From contig DBQG01000050.1 of assembly GCA_002305125.1 (NCBI GenBank), forward strand, positions 1-43,010: a stretch of DNA of 43,010 nucleotides, given 5' to 3'. A model generated the notes under the pieces. The model saw nothing but the letters and a program-made list of their open reading frames with translations. It did not search any database and had not been told where the DNA came from. This document shows, piece by piece, positions 8,612-16,606 of the stretch. The first letter of the stretch is position 1; each line of letters begins with the position of its first letter. Origin of the DNA: Patescibacteria group bacterium UBA1400. Its GTDB lineage: Bacteria; Patescibacteriota; Microgenomatia; UBA1400. Made by a program: the position numbers and the translations under genes.

Positions 8612-10274
8612 CTAAAATCTCTTCTGATTGGGATAAAACCTGGCGCCAACGTCCAAATCTTTGTAAAACTAAAAGGTAATGTTTAAGCTGTTGAATTTTA
8701 AGCAGTAAAGAAAGGATAAAATAAACAACGATGCCGGAAATTAACACAATTAAAGTCAGAAAAATAAGATTTATAGTTTTAGTGGTATCCAAAATATAAC
8801 GGTCTAAAATCCTCATAGGCCACCATAAAAACAAGCCTGATAAAAAGGTAGCCAAAATCATCTTAGCAAGCGGGAGAAAAACCTTAGCTCCAAATAATGA
8901 CCCTATTTTCTTTTCTAAAAATAAAAGTAAAAGGACAAAATGAACAAGACTTGCTAAAGTTATAGCCAAAGCTAGCCCTAAAATATTAAAATCAAATTTA
9001 AAGACAAATATAAAACTTAAACCAACATTGACCAGTACGGCAACTAATTTTAAAATTAAAGGTGTTACTGTATCCTGGAAAGCATAAAAGGTTCTCACTA
9101 AAAGCTCTATGGCTCCTTGGCTAAAAATAGACAAAGCCAACACTCCTACCACCTGCCCTGTTAAAAGAGTTGCCTCCCAGGGAAAATTTTTAGCTCCAAA
9201 AGCAAGTCTTACAGTCGGAACTCTTAAAACTAACAAAATAATACTTGCTGGCAAAGCTAGATAAAATATTTGGTGAAAAGAGGAAATAAATAATTCCTTA
9301 AAATTATTAAGATCTTTTTTGCTTTCTCGTGCCAATGTGGGCAAAGCCGCCTGTCCAATAGTTAAACCAAACAAACTAATGGGTAAATTACTAAGATGCT
9401 GAGCAAAGTTATAAATTGACAAAGAACCGGCAGCTAAAGACGTGGCTACAAAAACGGCGAAGCTTAAACTAATTTGATCTAGAGCAAAACTTAAAGTTCT
9501 GGGAACCATAAGTTTGGCAATTTTTTTTATTCCCTTATCTTTTAAGTCCAATTTAAAGCTATAGTTAAACCCTAAATTTTTAGCTAAAGGATACTGAACC
9601 AAACCATGAAGCAAAGCTCCTAAAACAACTCCTAGAATGGGACCATAAATTCCTACTACAGGAGTTAAAACAATAATTCCTATAATAATACCTAAATTAT
9701 ACAAAACTGAAGAAAAAGCAGGAAGTAAAAATCTTTGATTAGACTGTAAAATACCAGTAAGAAAATTAGAATAAACAAAAAATCCTTGAGCAATTAAAAG
9801 CATTCTTATTAAAGAGACCATTAAATTAAGCTCCTCTGCACTTAAACTGTGAGTAATTAAAATGCTTAAGGGTTTGGCAAAGACAAAAACTAATCCTGCC
9901 AGAAGAAAATAAATGATCATTCCTAAGTTTAGAACTGAATTGGCAAGAGAATATGCCCTCTTTTCATCCTCAACCAAGTATTCACTAAAAACAGGAATAA
10001 AAGCAGCAGAAAGAGTCCCTAGAACTAAAACCTGAAAAATCATATCAGGAATGCGAAAAGAAGCAAAGTAAATATCAAGCTGCCATTGTTGACCGGGAAT
10101 AAAAAAGTTAGCTGCCAGCAGTCTGTCTCTAATTAAACCTAAAATTCCCGAAGCTAAAATCATCACCATTAAAATAATGGCAGCTGATAAAATATTAGTC
10201 TGCTTTCTTTTAAATAAAATTTTACCGTTTTTAACAAAACTTAGTTTTCTGAAAAAGTCTGTTTTTATGCTCAT
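8601..10274 (-). CDS. murJ: Lipid II flippase MurJ (MviN family)
   Basis: 557-aa polytopic membrane protein. The N-terminus 'ASGILGLIRDRLLAANFF' matches the MurJ signature (SRxLGxxRdxxxAxxFG). It overlaps the lepA start by 11 nt. Confidence 0.8.
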   Translation of the reverse strand: MSIKTDFFRKLSFVKNGKILFKRKQTNILSAAIILMVMILASGILGLIRDRLLAANFFIPGQQWQLDIYFASFRIPDMIFQVLVLGTLSAAFIPVFSEYLVEDEKRAYSLANSVLNLGMIIYFLLAGLVFVFAKPLSILITHSLSAEELNLMVSLIRMLLIAQGFFVYSNFLTGILQSNQRFLLPAFSSVLYNLGIIIGIIVLTPVVGIYGPILGVVLGALLHGLVQYPLAKNLGFNYSFKLDLKDKGIKKIAKLMVPRTLSFALDQISLSFAVFVATSLAAGSLSIYNFAQHLSNLPISLFGLTIGQAALPTLARESKKDLNNFKELFISSFHQIFYLALPASIILLVLRVPTVRLAFGAKNFPWEATLLTGQVVGVLALSIFSQGAIELLVRTFYAFQDTVTPLILKLVAVLVNVGLSFIFVFKFDFNILGLALAITLASLVHFVLLLLFLEKKIGSLFGAKVFLPLAKMILATFLSGLFLWWPMRILDRYILDTTKTINLIFLTLIVLISGIVVYFILSLLLKIQQLKHYLLVLQRFGRWRQVLSQSEEILDER

Positions 10275-10294
10275 TGCTTATTAATGATCTTTCG

Positions 10295-10326
10295 TTAATA
10301 CTTAAAATGGCTTTTTAATACTTAAA
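10295..10326. repeat. 12-nt direct repeat TTAATACTTAAA x2 with 20-nt periodicity
   Basis: The exact copies lie at 10295-10306 and 10315-10326, in the murJ/rpsT divergent intergenic region. Confidence 0.5.
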
Positions 10327-10425
10327 TATAGTCTTATTAAGACAAATACTAACTTTATTTTAAACCTTTTATTCTGCTTTCATTTTATACTAAACCAAAC
10401 TGAAAAGTAGTATATTAAAAAACAC

Positions 10426-10454
10426 TTGTGATTTAAAGAAGAAAAGATTATAAT
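10426..10454 (+). promoter_or_regulatory. Sigma70-type promoter of rpsT (TTGTGA-N17-TATAAT)
   Basis: The hexamers lie at 10426-10431 and 10449-10454, about 40 nt upstream of the rpsT ATG. Confidence 0.6.
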
Positions 10455-10494
10455 ACGCTGGTAAGTTAAATTTGTAAATAATAAAGAGTAAAAA

Positions 10495-10827
10495 ATGCCA
10501 ATATTAAAATCAGCTTTAAAAGCTCTAAGAAGAGATAAAAGGCGAACTAAGGTAAATAAGCCTTTAAAAACAGCATACCAAACTGTGGTTAAAAAGGTAA
10601 GGCAAAGTCCCACTAAACAAAATCTTACACAGGCTTATTCAATTTTAGATAAAGCTGCTAAAAAAAATATTATTCATAAAAATAAAGCTAGCAGACTTAA
10701 AGCTAATCTGACTAAACTAGTAAAACAAGAAAAGGTTGAAAATTCCGTCACCAAAACTGCTAAAAAACCTGTTAAGCAGAAAAAAACCGGCACTAAAAAA
10801 CCTTCTAAAAAAACAACCAAAAAGTAA
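10495..10827 (+). CDS. rpsT: 30S ribosomal protein S20 with Lys-rich C-terminal extension
   Basis: The N-terminus 'MPILKSALKALRRDKRRTKVNK' is typical of S20. The protein is 110 aa, about 25 aa longer than usual, with a 'KKPVKQKKTGTKKPSKKTTKK' tail. Confidence 0.9.
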   Translation: MPILKSALKALRRDKRRTKVNKPLKTAYQTVVKKVRQSPTKQNLTQAYSILDKAAKKNIIHKNKASRLKANLTKLVKQEKVENSVTKTAKKPVKQKKTGTKKPSKKTTKK

Positions 10828-10874
10828 CTTTATTTTTCTTTTCACTCAATACTTATTTTTAAGGTAAAAAAGTC

Positions 10875-10903
10875 TTTACAAATATTTCTCCACAACTTAT
10901 ACT
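10875..10903 (+). promoter_or_regulatory. Sigma70-type promoter of the PilN/O-led operon (TTTACA-N17-TATACT)
   Basis: The hexamers lie at 10875-10880 and 10898-10903. The -10 ends 6 nt before the GTG at 10910. Confidence 0.55.
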
Positions 10904-10909
10904 GAAATT

Positions 10910-11476
10910 GTGGTGCAGCAAAAAAAAGCTATAAATCTTTTACCGAAAGAAGCGCTTGAACATACTCCCATTGGCAAGTTTCTTAAGTGGGCTTTAACTT
11001 TTGGCCGCTATATTGTCATATTTACTGAATTAATTGTTATTGTGGCTTTTCTTTTTAGATTTAAGCTGGACAGAGACTTAATAAATCTTCAAACAGAAAT
11101 TAAGAAAAATCAGTCCATTATTGATTCCTTAAGTGAACTAGAGGCAAATGTTAACCATGTTCACCAACAGCTGGCCTTTATTAAAAAAGAAGAAAATGAA
11201 AAAATAAACTCTTTCTCTTTGCTGGAAGAGCTAACCAAACATACTCCCTTGGATGTAGTTTTTTCTAACTTAAATCTCAGTCAAAAGTCAATAACTATTG
11301 AAGGAATTAGTTATTCAAAAAACGGCCTAAACACTTTTTTATATGGCCTTCAATCAAGTGATGTTTTTTCTGATATTAACCTGGAAAGCATTGTCTCTAA
11401 GGGTAATGTAAATCCAACTATAAAGTTTACTTTATCAGCTAAAATAATCACCAAACAAGATAAAAAAGGAAAATAA
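10910..11476 (+). CDS. PilN-like type IV pilus/T2SS alignment protein
   Basis: 188-aa ORF. It has the N-terminal 'INLLP' motif, a single TM ('YIVIFTELIVIVAFLF'), a coiled coil and a C-terminal alpha/beta domain. The start is GTG with no SD. Confidence 0.6.
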   Translation: MVQQKKAINLLPKEALEHTPIGKFLKWALTFGRYIVIFTELIVIVAFLFRFKLDRDLINLQTEIKKNQSIIDSLSELEANVNHVHQQLAFIKKEENEKINSFSLLEELTKHTPLDVVFSNLNLSQKSITIEGISYSKNGLNTFLYGLQSSDVFSDINLESIVSKGNVNPTIKFTLSAKIITKQDKKGK

Positions 11477-12114
11477 TGGTCTTTGACTATAAAACTCAAT
11501 ATCATCACTATAAAAGATACTTTTTAAAAATTAGATCATTGTCAGAAAAGCCAGTAACTCAGATTTCCCTGGCTCTAATAATGGTGCTGTTAACAATATC
11601 TTTTTTCAGTTTATTTGCCATCAAACCCACTGCCACCACCATTGCCAAATTAATTAAAGAAGTTAATGACAGCCAGGAAGTTAATGAAAAATTGGTTAAA
11701 AAGGTAGAAAGTTTATATCAAGCTCAGAAAGCTTACCAGGCTATCGAATCAGAGTTAACTTATATAAATTCGGCTCTCCCCCAAAACGCCAATTATATTA
11801 ATCTTGCCAGCAAGATTAATTATCTTGCCTATAACCACAACCTCCTTATCTCTTCTTCAAATTTCAGCGAATTTGATTTAATTAATCCCAATCCTGATCA
11901 AAATTTGTTAAACTTAAAACTATCAGTAGCCGGAGATTTTCTAAGCATAAAAGATTTTCTCAATGACCTTGAAAATCTGGATCGGTTAATAAAAATTAAT
12001 TCTATTCATTTTACAGATAAAAGCGAGGTTGAGGGAGCTCAAATACAGGCTGATATTAGCGGTGAAGTTTTCTGGCTTCCTTTATCCTTAATTGAAAAAG
12101 AAAAAAAACAGTAA
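11476..12114 (+). CDS. PilO-like pilus assembly protein
   Basis: 212-aa ORF with an N-terminal TM, a coiled coil and a C-terminal ferredoxin-like region ('LKLSVAGDFLSIKDFLNDLENLDRLIKI'). Its start is coupled to the preceding stop (TAATG). Confidence 0.5.
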   Translation: MVFDYKTQYHHYKRYFLKIRSLSEKPVTQISLALIMVLLTISFFSLFAIKPTATTIAKLIKEVNDSQEVNEKLVKKVESLYQAQKAYQAIESELTYINSALPQNANYINLASKINYLAYNHNLLISSSNFSEFDLINPNPDQNLLNLKLSVAGDFLSIKDFLNDLENLDRLIKINSIHFTDKSEVEGAQIQADISGEVFWLPLSLIEKEKKQ

Positions 12115-12119
12115 AAGTA

Positions 12120-12485
12120 ATGAAAAAAAAACAAAAAACAAATAAAGAGCTTTTTAACATTGCCGTCTTAACAGTTATTACTGTTTTTACCTGGATTGGA
12201 TTTGATGTTTATAGAACTTTAAATAAAAAGTCAAAAGTTCAGGTTGCTAAAAAGCAACTGGAAACAATTAACTCCAACTTTGATAAAAAAACTCTGGAAT
12301 CCCTTAAAATAAGAAAGGTTGTCAGCCAACAAGAGATGGAATCAACACCAGAAATGATTACTTTAGAAATAAAACAAGAAGAACAGGAGCAAAAAGAAGA
12401 TCAAGAAGCTACACCAGCTGGAGATTTTAAAGATATTGATTCTCAAACAGAATATTCAGGTGAAGAGATACAAGAACAGCCATGA
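12120..12485 (+). CDS. Small single-pass membrane protein with strongly acidic C-terminal tail
   Basis: 121-aa ORF with a basic N-terminus, a TM ('IAVLTVITVFTWIGF') and an E/Q/D-rich tail. Its stop overlaps the next start (ATGA). Confidence 0.5.
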   Translation: MKKKQKTNKELFNIAVLTVITVFTWIGFDVYRTLNKKSKVQVAKKQLETINSNFDKKTLESLKIRKVVSQQEMESTPEMITLEIKQEEQEQKEDQEATPAGDFKDIDSQTEYSGEEIQEQP

Positions 12486-13945
12486 AAAAAAGCTTATTTC
12501 ATAAAAAGTTTCCCACTATTTTAGGCATTATTATGCTCCTGTTTGTTATTGGTGGTGGTTTTTTTCTTTTTACCAAAAATCAAAACTCTGGAGCAAAATC
12601 AGGACCAGAGGTAACACCTAAAAAAATATTTATTACCAATATTACTGATTCTCAATTCACTGTTTCCTGGATTACTGATGAAAAGACAATCGGCTTTATT
12701 AAATATGGTTCAAGCCCCAGTGTAAAAATAAAATCCCTGGATGATAGAGATCAATTATCAGGTCAAGAAACTCCCGCCAATACTCACCATATAACTATTA
12801 AAGAACTTGAGCCGGGTAATACTTATTATTTTAAAATAAGTTCAGCGGGCAAACTTTATGATAATGAAGGCCAGCCATATAAGGTTATTCTTGGTCCCAC
12901 TCTGGGCTCTGCCGGAGAAGCAAAGATTGTTAGTGGAAAAGTTTTAAATCAAAACCAAACAGCTGCACCAGGAGTTATGGTTTACTTAAACTCTGCCAAT
13001 ACTGCCCTCTTATCTGCTTTAACCGATAAAGAAGGACGCTGGGCCATATTTTTAAATAAGGCTAGGAGTCAAGATTTAAGCTCTTATGCTATTTTTGATC
13101 CTGAAGCTACGCTCCTAAAAATTGAGGCGACCAATGGAGTAGATACTATTTCAGCAGTAACTAATACTAAAAATGCTTTTCCTGTACCTGATATAACTCT
13201 GGGAAATACTCCTTATGATTTTAGAACTAAGGAAGTGGCAAGTACAAATGAAACTTTTACTGATCAAAATTTAACAGAAGAGGCTTCTATCTCAAACTCT
13301 TTAGAGGAAAAGCCCCTTCCCTCACTTTCTCCCAGTCCTTCAGTGTTTAATACTGATTCTATAGAAGCAACGCCTTCTGGAGAAAATTCTCAAGAAGAAC
13401 TTCCGGGCCAATTTTTATCTGTTCCTCAACCTTCTGCTTCAGCGACAACAACCGAAGTTACTATTACTAATCCCACCCAAGAAGGAGAAGAAGTTTATAA
13501 TAGCAAGCCTGAAATAACAGGAACAGGACCTGCCAATACAGTTTTAACTATTCAAGTTCATTCTCCAGAAACGTACACCGGCACTGTTACTGTAGCTGAA
13601 GATGGTACCTGGAACTTTACTCCTTCAGCAAATTTAACACCCGGAGAACACACAGTTAAGGTAAGTTATACTGATGAAGAGGGTTTTATCCAAACCCTAT
13701 CCAGAAACTTTGTAGTTTTAGCCAGTAGTGCTGAAGAACAACCCCTATTAACTTCTACTCCTTCAGCTAGCCTGAATCCATCTCCTCAGGCCACACCTAG
13801 AGTTACTATTCCCTCAACATCCTCAGGCGTACCAATAACTGGAACCGTAGCTCCTACTTTTATAATTTTTATTCTCGGATTTCTACTAACCAGCATTGGT
13901 GTTGGAAATATTGTTATTGACAAACGTAAAAATAAGTTGCCATAA
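12482..13945 (+). CDS. Surface protein: N-terminal TM/signal anchor, FN3-like domain, carboxypeptidase-regulatory-like domain, S/T/P linker, Ig-like domain, C-terminal sorting-like signal
   Basis: 487-aa ORF. The FN3/PAP-N-like region reads 'ITDSQFTVSWITDE...HHITIKELEPGNTYYFKI'. 'GKVLNQNQTAAPGVMVYL...DKEGRWAIFL' is CarboxypepD_reg-like. 'TGTGPANTVLTIQV...AEDGTWNFTP...PGEHTVKVSYTDEEG' is Big-like. The C-terminus is 'VPITGTVAPT' + TM + 'DKRKNK'. Confidence 0.6.
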   Translation: MKKSLFHKKFPTILGIIMLLFVIGGGFFLFTKNQNSGAKSGPEVTPKKIFITNITDSQFTVSWITDEKTIGFIKYGSSPSVKIKSLDDRDQLSGQETPANTHHITIKELEPGNTYYFKISSAGKLYDNEGQPYKVILGPTLGSAGEAKIVSGKVLNQNQTAAPGVMVYLNSANTALLSALTDKEGRWAIFLNKARSQDLSSYAIFDPEATLLKIEATNGVDTISAVTNTKNAFPVPDITLGNTPYDFRTKEVASTNETFTDQNLTEEASISNSLEEKPLPSLSPSPSVFNTDSIEATPSGENSQEELPGQFLSVPQPSASATTTEVTITNPTQEGEEVYNSKPEITGTGPANTVLTIQVHSPETYTGTVTVAEDGTWNFTPSANLTPGEHTVKVSYTDEEGFIQTLSRNFVVLASSAEEQPLLTSTPSASLNPSPQATPRVTIPSTSSGVPITGTVAPTFIIFILGFLLTSIGVGNIVIDKRKNKLP

Positions 13946-13974
13946 TGAATAAACAAGCTAATTTTTTACAATAA

Positions 13975-15708
13975 ATGGATACAAATAAAGCTTCTAGTCC
14001 AGCTGATCAGGCTGTTCCACCGGTTGAAGAGCCGGGCGACAACCCACCTCCAACAGATAATCAGGCATCAAACCAATCCCTTACTCCTCCTGTAGAACCA
14101 ATTCAAGAAAGTGAAAAAACTCAAGAAGAAACATTCCAGTCATCACAACCTTTTCCTCCCATAGAAGAACAAAAAGAACTAAACAACCCAACTCAACAAC
14201 AAAAACCGGAAGAAACTCCAAAACAAGACATTCCAGTAGAGGGATTAACACCTTCTGCTAATCCAACTGAACAAGCATCTAATCCTCAACCGCCCTCATC
14301 TCCACCATCTAACATTCCCCCCAATGAACCTGATCATAGTATGAATCAACCTGAAGAGAAAAAACCTTTTAACTTTTGGAAAAATAAAAAAGTCACTTTA
14401 CCGGTTTTAGCTGTTTTTTTACTCATTGGTATAACTTTAAGTGTTTTTAGTTTAAACAAAAAATTACCAGAAATGTTTCCAGAAAATCCCTATGAAAGCC
14501 CTTCTCCTCCTGCCTCACAACTACCTGGAAATTGTAATAATCCAACGTGTGGTAATTATATGGACTGCAACAGCTATCCTGATGGCTGGTGCACTAATAA
14601 AAATCAATGTGAAGCTAATCCAGATTGGGAATGGAAGGGAGCATCTTGTTATTGCAGCGTTTGCGGAGACGGCTGTTGCGTGCGTAAAAATAGTAATCCT
14701 GAACCCGTAGGAGTTATCTGCGGCGCTGATAGCAGTGGAGTTTGGGTAAAAAATAATACTGGTTCTCCGATCAATAATCTACAGGTGGACTGGTTTGCAA
14801 GATACTGCGCAACTAATCCTGGCTGTGTTTGTTCTGGAGGGGAAAATCACGACACCATTAATTTAGCTGCTGGTGAAAAAAGAACTTTTGGCATGACAAA
14901 TCCACAATATCCTGAAAATAACTGTGACTGGGCCTGGCAAACAGATATTACAACAGCTGACTGTCATAGCACTGATCATGGTTGCGATGATAGGCCCTGT
15001 GATTCTCCTCCACCATCATCTCCTCCACCATCATCTCCTCCACCTCCACAAATGCCTAATTGTACTAGCTTAACAGGGCCGGCTGAAGTAATGGCAGGAG
15101 AGCAAGCAACATTTATAGGAACATTTTCCGGAGGCGGAGGAACTTTAACTGACGTAGGATTGGGAATAAGAGTTACAGGAGCCAATTGTAATAATCTCAC
15201 CAAATGGATTCATGAACCTGTTTTAAATAGCAATGATCCCTACACCCATGCTTTTACTTGGACCCCGGATGTAACCGGAGCTTATACTGTTTATGGTATC
15301 GCTTGGAATAATGGCTTTGCTGAATGTAGAGGAGATTGTGTTACTGTTCCTCCTGTTTTCCCATGTCAGGGGACCTGTTTATTATCAACAACTGTATCAA
15401 GCCCTAATCCGGACACCATGCGATGTTCTAATCTTGAGGTTGATGCAGAAACTATTCAAATTGGTGATGAAATTATTTTTACCTGTACAGGACAAGTCTC
15501 TTCAGGAACATTACCCAACAGCTATTTTGACTTTAGGTACTCTATTGATACTGCTCAATGGGTTACTTTAGATACCCAAAATCAAACAGGCATTACTGAA
15601 CCTTTTGAAATTACTCAAGCAGGGGATTATGTTGTTCAATGTAGGTATTGTTCAGAATTAGGAAACTGTACTACCTGGGGATCTGGAGGTTGGATACCAA
15701 TAGAATAA
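13975..15708 (+). CDS. Orphan type-II membrane protein: about 140-aa P/Q/E/T-rich N-terminal tail, one TM, Cys-rich ectodomain with two Ig/PKD-like modules
   Basis: 577-aa ORF in an AT-rich genome. The TM is 'VTLPVLAVFLLIGITLSVFSL'. By my count 29 Cys are present, all after the TM. A (PPPSS)n hinge is present. I recognise no family. Confidence 0.6.
   Translation: MDTNKASSPADQAVPPVEEPGDNPPPTDNQASNQSLTPPVEPIQESEKTQEETFQSSQPFPPIEEQKELNNPTQQQKPEETPKQDIPVEGLTPSANPTEQASNPQPPSSPPSNIPPNEPDHSMNQPEEKKPFNFWKNKKVTLPVLAVFLLIGITLSVFSLNKKLPEMFPENPYESPSPPASQLPGNCNNPTCGNYMDCNSYPDGWCTNKNQCEANPDWEWKGASCYCSVCGDGCCVRKNSNPEPVGVICGADSSGVWVKNNTGSPINNLQVDWFARYCATNPGCVCSGGENHDTINLAAGEKRTFGMTNPQYPENNCDWAWQTDITTADCHSTDHGCDDRPCDSPPPSSPPPSSPPPPQMPNCTSLTGPAEVMAGEQATFIGTFSGGGGTLTDVGLGIRVTGANCNNLTKWIHEPVLNSNDPYTHAFTWTPDVTGAYTVYGIAWNNGFAECRGDCVTVPPVFPCQGTCLLSTTVSSPNPDTMRCSNLEVDAETIQIGDEIIFTCTGQVSSGTLPNSYFDFRYSIDTAQWVTLDTQNQTGITEPFEITQAGDYVVQCRYCSELGNCTTWGSGGWIPIE
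15004..15048 (+). repeat. 15-nt tandem repeat x3 (TCTCCTCCACCATCA) encoding PPPSSPPPSSPPPP
   Basis: Two exact copies lie at 15004-15018 and 15019-15033, with a third imperfect copy at 15034-15048. Confidence 0.8.
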
Positions 15709-15710
15709 AT

Positions 15711-16604
15711 ATGGAAAAGAAAAAACTAATAACCATCGCCGCTTTAGGAGTAACAACAATTTTAACCTTAATTGCTGTTTTTACAGCCATCAAACTGTAT
15801 CAAATCGGCAAAGAACCTACTCCTTCAGATTCTAAAACAAGCCAGCAGCCTCAAGAAAAAACTCCAGAAGTTTATCAACAAGATCCATTAAGTTGTCAGC
15901 TTACCTTTACTGTAACTGAAGAAAGTCCTCCTCCTGAATTATGTACTGTTAATGGTGATATTACTGTAGAAACCTCAGGAGAAGATACTATTATCACTGT
16001 TTATGCCCCCATTAATTATGCCAACCCAGGTATCTTAGTAACTATTGCTGACTATACCACCTGCCATCAAAATCCAGCGGAGTTTGGCAGTTATAATTGG
16101 CGCTGGACCCTTAGTTCATCCCCCTACAACATGATTGAGAGGATAGACTTTTATGTTAACATTCCTGAAGATGAAGCATGTTCAAGTGGAGAAAGCTGCG
16201 GCACCTGGACTCCAGATGCTTCACCCAGTCCATCTGAATCTGCCTCACCTAGCCCTTCAGAGTCAGCTTCACCCAGTCCATCTGAATCTGCCTCACCTAG
16301 CCCTTCTAGCTCACCCAGCCCGGGAACTAGTACACCCCCTGCTTCACCTTTACCAGGTTGCTGGGACTACTGCACTTCAGATAGTCAATGTTCTTCTTCA
16401 TTAAGATGTATCCAGACAAATGGTGCTACAAGATGTGCTAATCCTTATTGTCCTAGTGAACAAGACTGCGTGTGTCCGGCTGCTAGCCTCACTCCCAAAG
16501 GAGGCGAACCTGCCGAAGACTTACCTGTAGCAGGTACAATATCTCCCACCATCTTTCTGGCTGTGGGCGGAGTCCTGTTAATTATCTTGGGGTTACTGCT
16601 TTAA
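15711..16604 (+). CDS. Orphan surface protein: N-terminal TM, beta-rich domain, (SPSPSESA)n linker, 8-Cys knot, C-terminal sorting-like signal
   Basis: I place the start at ATG 15711 (MEKKKLITIAALG...), 2 nt after the upstream stop. The ORF-track start at 15648 lies inside the upstream gene. The C-terminus is 'LPVAGTISPT' + hydrophobic helix. Confidence 0.6.
   Translation: MEKKKLITIAALGVTTILTLIAVFTAIKLYQIGKEPTPSDSKTSQQPQEKTPEVYQQDPLSCQLTFTVTEESPPPELCTVNGDITVETSGEDTIITVYAPINYANPGILVTIADYTTCHQNPAEFGSYNWRWTLSSSPYNMIERIDFYVNIPEDEACSSGESCGTWTPDASPSPSESASPSPSESASPSPSESASPSPSSSPSPGTSTPPASPLPGCWDYCTSDSQCSSSLRCIQTNGATRCANPYCPSEQDCVCPAASLTPKGGEPAEDLPVAGTISPTIFLAVGGVLLIILGLLL
16218..16320 (+). repeat. 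48-nt tandem repeat (2 copies plus a partial third) encoding (SPSPSESA)n
   Basis: 16218-16258 is identical to 16266-16306 (41 nt exact, period 48). Each 48-nt unit holds two synonymous 24-nt subunits. Confidence 0.85.
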
Positions 16605-16606
16605 AA

